In this document: positions 46,274 to 51,723 of the stretch, piece after piece
How the letters are laid out: every line of letters starts with the position of its first letter
Numbering within the stretch: the stretch's first letter is position 1
Source: Octopus bimaculoides
Taxonomy: Eukaryota
Length of the DNA: 51,723 bases
Reading direction: 5' to 3'
NCBI RefSeq assembly: GCF_001194135.2
Contig: NC_068982.1
Location: 90,408,070-90,459,792 of the forward strand
Notes under the pieces: model-generated
Seen by the model: the letters and a program-made list of their open reading frames with translations, nothing else
Told to the model about the DNA's origin: nothing
The model's database searches: none
Made by a program: the position numbers and the translations under genes

Positions 46274-46699
46274 GTTCGCCGAGTACTCGCAGATAATCTG
46301 TTATACAAGTATATAGGAACAAGTAGACAATCCCCATACTTGCCCATTATTCTTCATACCTCCACTACTCCTAAACTCACATGCAATCACAATCATAAAT
46401 ACTCACACTAAAAAACTAAATCGCATAACCCAACCCAAAAACCAATGCTAAACTTTTTTTTAAATAATATTTAGCAAAATATACGAAGTCGTCATATATC
46501 CGCCTCATACACAATCTATCCACACTGATAAATATCTTGAGTTACTTCCGATCTTTGATTTCTCTGTCGCTGTAATTCATTGATTCTTACAACTACTACA
46601 GTAAATGCACATTCTAAACGTGACCTATGTTCCCTCTCTGTCTTCTAAAATTCAATTACAACATATTTGTTCTTTACTCTCTTCATAACTCCCGTATTG

Positions 46700-46945
46700 A
46701 ACGACATACACACCTACACCATAATCTCGACGGGCAGTTTAACTTAATTTCTCCTTTCCCCAACTGTTTTTCCTCTTGCCCACTACTTTTCTCGTATATA
46801 TTTTTTTCTTGTGATGAAGGAGTAGCACCTGAAACGGTAAGACTCTTTACTTTCCCTTTTAAGCGTTAAACTACTATAACATTTGTTAAAACTTATCCTT
46901 CCTGTGTTGTCTTTTCTCTTAGTCTTTGTTTATTGCCTTCACAAT
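46700..46945 (+). mobile_element. Penelope-like element 3' tail (pLTR)
   Basis: Pyrimidine-rich tail with a hammerhead-like motif at 46807-46842, followed by agactctttactttcccttttaagcgttaaacta...gtgttgtcttttctc and ending at an AT microsatellite. May extend upstream to ~46330. Confidence 0.55.
46807..46842 (+). ncRNA. Degenerate minimal type I hammerhead ribozyme motif
   Basis: TCTT-gTGATGA-AGG-agtagca-CCT-GAAACG-g-T-AAGA. Stem I TCTT/AAGA and stem II AGG/CCT are present. C3 is G and U16.1 is G, so it is probably inactive. Confidence 0.5.
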
Positions 46946-48194
46946 ATTACATATGTGTATGTGTGTGTAATTATTAGCGACGGAACCAGTGTTAAAACCA
47001 AATGGTAATATCTATCCTACTTAAAAGTGGATGTGGCGTTAGAACATAGGATACTGCGATAAGTGCATATAGGCCCACTTGTTTACATCACTAACAGAGA
47101 TGTTGTTATCTCCACAGTTCCAGCATCTACCATTTACAAGGCTAGGCAGGGCCGAAATCATGTGATCTGGTAGTCTCAACAGTGGCAATGGTGGGTGGTT
47201 TATCTCACCGCAAGCGATATAAATAAGAGTGCTTATATGCACGGAAAGTCAATATGAGAGTTTCTCACGTGGTAACTATCACAATATCCTGTATTCTAAC
47301 ACATCCATTTTTATGTGCGGATAAATATTTCCCCATATATATATATATATATACACACACATACATACACTTTTCAACACGATTAACTCGTTTATTACAA
47401 CTTACGAATTTATGTAGGCATTATGTATGTTAAACAATATGTAGCTGTAAATACTTAAATTCTAAGATTTAAACGTTTATAATATTAAACTTTAAAATAT
47501 ATAAAATATAATGGTTGACATGGCAGTTATTTTAAAGTCATAAAAATAGAATAAAGAAATTAGAAAAGTATGCGTGAAAGTTGATAGGAATTAATAGTAA
47601 AGAGGGATACAAAAAGAGACGATCGGAGCAAAGCAAACGCCAAGGAAATGAAAGCTTAAAGAAATATAAATATTTTATCGTCCTGGATTAAAATATAATG
47701 CACTTTAGTTTGTTCTCAGCTGCGCTAATTCAATGATACATAAGTAAAAGTTATGTTGGAATTTGAAGACAAGGCACGATATGTGTGTCATCCATCAAGT
47801 CTTAATTGTACGTGCGATTAAAAAAACATCAATAAAATATATCTTCTCCACCTTAAAATTATACGTTAAACGGTTTACCTTTCGTTACGTAGTTAAACAA
47901 TTCAAAACATCGAATATTTCTTCGTGAATTACGCCTAGCAGATGTATATTTATCCAAACAACTTGACAGGCTATTAAATATTCATGTGGGGCTTCACAAT
48001 TGAGAATTACAATGTAACTAACAATGATATAGTTTTTTGGGAAATGCATTATTCCAAGAGTGCTAGACGTATCTCGACTCAAGTTTCTAATACGCTAAAG
48101 CGTATCCTCCACTTGAAGAAACTGAGTAGTTCATTTTCAAAAGGTATGAATCACATTATGAGGTGCATGGTCTTGTAATTGGGCTCATGATTAT

Positions 48195-48255
48195 ACGGTC
48201 GTAGATTCGATTTCAAGATTGAACAGTACGTTGTGTCCTTGAAGAAGGAAACTTG
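48195..48255 (+). mobile_element. Family C SINE head fragment
   Basis: ggtcgtagattcgatttcaagattgaacagtacgttgtgtccttgaagaaggaaactt. Confidence 0.5.
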
Positions 48256-48613
48256 ATTCTCGTTGCTGCTTCAGCTGTGATTCATTACCAAACGATTGTG
48301 CATCCATAGTCTCTTTTTCTCTCTTTCTCTCTCTCTCTGTCTCTGTCTCTCTCTCTCCCTCTCTCTCCCTCCCCTCTCTCATACTCTCACCTTGTCTCTC
48401 TCTTTTTCTTTCAATATCCCTCCACCTATCTCTCTCTTCAGCTGTTACGTTTTTGATGTTCTAACGGAACAAGGGTTGGAGGACTTAGTGGGATCTTTCC
48501 TTCCACACGACAATATAGGTACCTACAACAATTAGCGTGGAGGGTGCCACCAGATCATATGCGCTTGCAAGAAGTAGCTAAGCGTTTATGTGTGTGTGTG
48601 TCTGTGTGTGTGT

Positions 48614-48659
<46 letters not shown>

Positions 48660-49654
48660 TCCATTCTTGATCGCAACTGCCTGACGAACAGGAGTAGCAG
48701 TCTTTTTGCGATGTTCTTGCAGCTTTGTTCGAGTATTATTTCTTCCGCCTTGTTTTGCAGCTATGTGGTTACTTGTGNNNNNNNNNNNNNNNNNNNNNNN
48801 NNNNNNNNNNNNNNNNNNNNNNNNNNNNNNNNNNNNNNNNNNNNNNNNNNNNNNNNNNNNNNNNNNNNNNNNNNNNNNNNNNNNNNNNNNNNNNNNNNNN
48901 NNNNNNNNNNNNNNNNNNNNNNNNNNNNNNNNNNNNNNNNNNNNNNNNNNNNNNNNNNNNNNNNNNNNNNNNNNNNNNNNNNNNNNNNNNNNNNNNNNNN
49001 NNNNNNNNNNNNNNNNNNNNNNNNNNNNNNNNNNNNNNNNNNNNNNNNNNNNNNNNNNNNNNNNNNNNNNNNNNNNNNNNNNNNNNNNNNNNNNNNNNNN
49101 NNNNNNNNNNNNNNNNNNNNNNNNNNNNNNNNNNNNNNNNNNNNNNNNNNNNNNNNNNNNNNNNNNNNNNNNNNNNNNNNNNNNNNNNNNNNNNNNNNNN
49201 NNNNNNNNNNNNNNNNNNNNNNNNNNNNNNNNNNNNNNNNNNNNNNNNNNNNNNNNNNNNNNNNNNNNNNNNNNNNNNNNNNNNNNNNNNNNNNNNNNNN
49301 NNNNNNNNNNNNNNNNNNNNNNNNNNNNNNNNNNNNNNNNNNNNNNNNNNNNNNNNNNNNNNNNNNNNNNNNNNNNNNNNNNNNNNNNNNNNNNNNNNNN
49401 NNNNNNNNNNNNNNNNNNNNNNNNNNNNNNNNNNNNNNNNNNNNNNNNNNNNNNNNNNNNNNNNNNNNNNNNNNNNNNNNNNNNNNNNNNNNNNNNNNNN
49501 NNNNNNNNNNNNNNNNNNNNNNNNNNNNNNNNNNNNNNNNNNNNNNNNNNNNNNNNNNNNNNNNNNNNNNNNNNNNNNNNNNNNNNNNNNNNNNNNNNNN
49601 NNNNNNNNNNNNNNNNNNNNNNNNNNNNNNNNNNNNNNTATATATATATATATA

Positions 49655-50335
49655 TATCATTCAAAAGAATTTCAACTTATAATAAAGTCCTTTATACTCA
49701 GTTTTCTCTAAATTTCATTCAGGCCGTAAAGTTTATGAAATGGAAATATAAAAGTTTTTCGACCACATGTTGCCAGATGGTTACTCAGTGGTATTTGACG
49801 GACGTCTGGATTTTCATTTCGTTGTCGATGCACACGCGAGTGTTCCGATAGTGCATTACCTGTCTGGCCAACGTACAGTTACTCACAATTTGGGCATTTG
49901 ATGCAATAGATTAAATTTCTGCTTTTGCAGTTCATGTTTGCGTTTGTGAATATTTTCCCTGTTTTTGTGTTCATATATGGGCCGGTATGAATTAATTGGC
50001 ATGTACCGCATCGGCTATCATTGCATTTAGACACAGTGAATGGTTGATTTTTGTTGCTAAGGTCAAACCTTGCCTTTGTTAATAGCTTTTTCAAGCTTTT
50101 AGGCTGTCTCTTACTGAGAGTTATTGTTTGATCTGTAATGATATTTCTCAATTCCTTACTTTGTGCAATGATTGGTAGATTTGCTTTAGCGATATTGAAG
50201 ATGTTCTGGTCGCATGGATTGTGTGTCACTATAAATGGTATGATTTGTTCTTGTGTTTATGCTTTATATAATGCGGTTTTTAGACTTTTATTTTTCAAAA
50301 TTGAGCTAAACAAAGTTCAATTTCAATTTCAATAT
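49655..50335 (-). mobile_element. Penelope-like retroelement fragment encoding the GIY-YIG endonuclease region
   Basis: QIIPFIVTHNP...LSKRQPKSLKKLLTKARF...KCNDSRCGTC...NMNCKSRNLIYCIKCPNCE*LYVGQTGNALSEHSRVHR...PLSNHLATC. This has the CxxxRCxTC motif and the LIY..YVGQT GIY-YIG signature, with in-frame stops. Confidence 0.9.
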
Positions 50336-51010
50336 AGAATATACTCTCCTTCGTTTTCTACATTGCTTTCCCATCCATCTGGTAGACTTGCAACGCCTCC
50401 CTTCCAAAAATCCTTGACGAAAAATACTCCTCGAACACGTCTGCAGAATTCATATTTTTCCAATCCAAGCGAGTTTGAAGACAGCGATATAAATGATAAT
50501 CAGATGGGGCAATGTCCGGAAAATATGGTGGTGGTTGGGGCATTGTTTCCCATTCAAACTGATCCAGCCTTTGTAATGTCATCCTAACTATATGTAGCCG
50601 AGCATTATCCTGATGAACGAACACCTTATATCTTGAAACCAAAGATGGTCATTTTTCTTCTAGCGCTAAATTTGAAGGACTGGTTGAAGGACTGGTTGAT
50701 TGACCAAATCCAAGATTCTCTGCCAGTTCCTCAACAGTTACGATCAGATTTTGTCCCACCAGAGTTTGCAGAAGTCCTCGTCGAGCTCTACTGATCTTCC
50801 AGAACGAAGCTCGTTTTCTAGGCTGTAGTTTCCGTCTCGAAATTTCTGGAACCACCGTTGACTCTGGCTTACACTTGTTGTCCGATCTCCATATACTGCA
50901 CTAATATTCATCTCACTTTCCGTTGCGTCGTTGCTTTGTTGAACTCATAAAGCAAAATATGCAGAATATGCTCCTTTGTCACTTCCATTATAGCTTTGAA
51001 GAAATAACTG
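50336..51010 (-). mobile_element. Internally deleted mariner, same family as 28431-29725, both TIRs missing
   Basis: ATG (cat at 50986-50988), TVEELAENLGFGQST, then a jump to LEEK...HQDNARLH..PPPYFPDIAPSDYHLY. About 370 bp is deleted relative to the 28431 copy. Confidence 0.92.
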
Positions 51011-51431
51011 AGGAAAAAGCAGAGTAAGATTTTGGAGATTCATATTTATCCTTATGAGACAGAAAGAAGAGTTGTGAGTCCAGTTAGGTATTAACTAAAG
51101 CCAAAGTCTATAACGGTTATTTGAAAATAAAATGAAAGAAGTTTTAGATACGTTCCCTCTATATATAGGTAAGGAGATTAGTAATTAGTCCATTTTACGC
51201 AGCTTATTCTCTCTAACTTTTTCTACCACTATAATACTTTTTACGTTAACAATACAGCAGCCCTTTATACACAATCTCCTCTAGATTAACTGCACTATCA
51301 TGTATAATTTTTTTTTTAAATATGCACCACACTTAGTATAGTTTCAGACTGTAAGGCCAAATCTCAGTTGAAATATAGCCATGCCTTTCCATTGGACACT
51401 TCTAAACAACCTTTACTCTACACGACTTATT

Positions 51432-51595
51432 TGGAGTATGAATTCTATCGGGATTTTTACCGAACCGCTAAGTTAGGAGGAAGGAAACACACCAGCATCG
51501 GTTGTCAAGTGAAGGTGGGGGGAAAAACGCAGACACACGAACACAGACACACAAACATATATACATATATATACATATACATACCATATACATAC

Positions 51596-51650
<55 letters not shown>

Positions 51651-51723
51651 TATACATATATATATACGACGGGCTTCTTTCAGTTTCCCTCTACCAAATC
51701 CTCTCACAAGGCTTTGGTCGGCC
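51432..51723 (-). mobile_element. Family A SINE with an expanded internal (TA)n, cut by the window end
   Basis: taccgaaccgctaagtt...caccagcatcggttgtcaag...(TA/CATA)n...tacgacgggcttctttcagtttccctctaccaaatcctctcacaaggctttggtcggcc. Confidence 0.9.

Noticed and set aside
47039-47242. 67-aa minus-strand ORF (..GRCWNCG..)
   Set aside because: An isolated CxxC without the rest of a zinc knuckle; not supportable.
2471-49851. Long ORF-track entries containing runs of X (for example 14083-15603, 44609-45277, 48555-49851)
   Set aside because: They are open only because N-gaps contain no stop codons.
9050-51723. Orientation bias of family A SINEs (about 10 minus versus 4 plus) as evidence of a host transcript
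   Set aside because: The sample is too small to distinguish from 50:50.

Overview
AT-rich, microsatellite-saturated eukaryotic non-coding DNA (intron or intergenic) from a draft assembly. There are 12 N-gaps totalling about 4 kb: 2585-3000, 10220-10285, 14351-15162, 18221-18517, 19780-19937, 24251-24567, 31852-32099, 36127-36136, 37358-37403, 44742-45217, 45743-46020 and 48778-49638. The SINE families and repeat landscape look like an Octopus (cephalopod) genome; this is inferred from recalled repeat consensus sequences, not from a search. No host gene can be identified with confidence, and most ORF-track entries are microsatellite, N-gap or TE artefacts. What can be supported is a dense layer of transposable elements: about 25 tRNA-derived SINE copies or fragments (CORE-type and Nin/Deu-like); a near full-length decayed DD34D mariner (28431-29725) with an internally deleted sister copy (50336-51010); further Tc1/mariner fragments and palindromic MITEs; a decayed ~3.4 kb R4/Dong-clade RLE LINE (39790-43200); fragments of CR1-like, RTE-like and L1/Tx1-like LINEs; and Penelope-like element (PLE) remnants, including a GIY-YIG endonuclease. 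The most interesting signal is five dispersed motifs with hammerhead-ribozyme topology in PLE-type 3' tails, all with core mutations. One of them is fused behind a tRNA/CORE SINE head, a possible SINE-PLE or retrozyme-like chimera. Other items worth checking are several long fold-back structures, a perfect 29-bp hairpin, a perfect 32-bp inverted repeat 1.3 kb apart, a candidate terminal exon with prohormone-like motifs, and an orphan 132-aa ORF.
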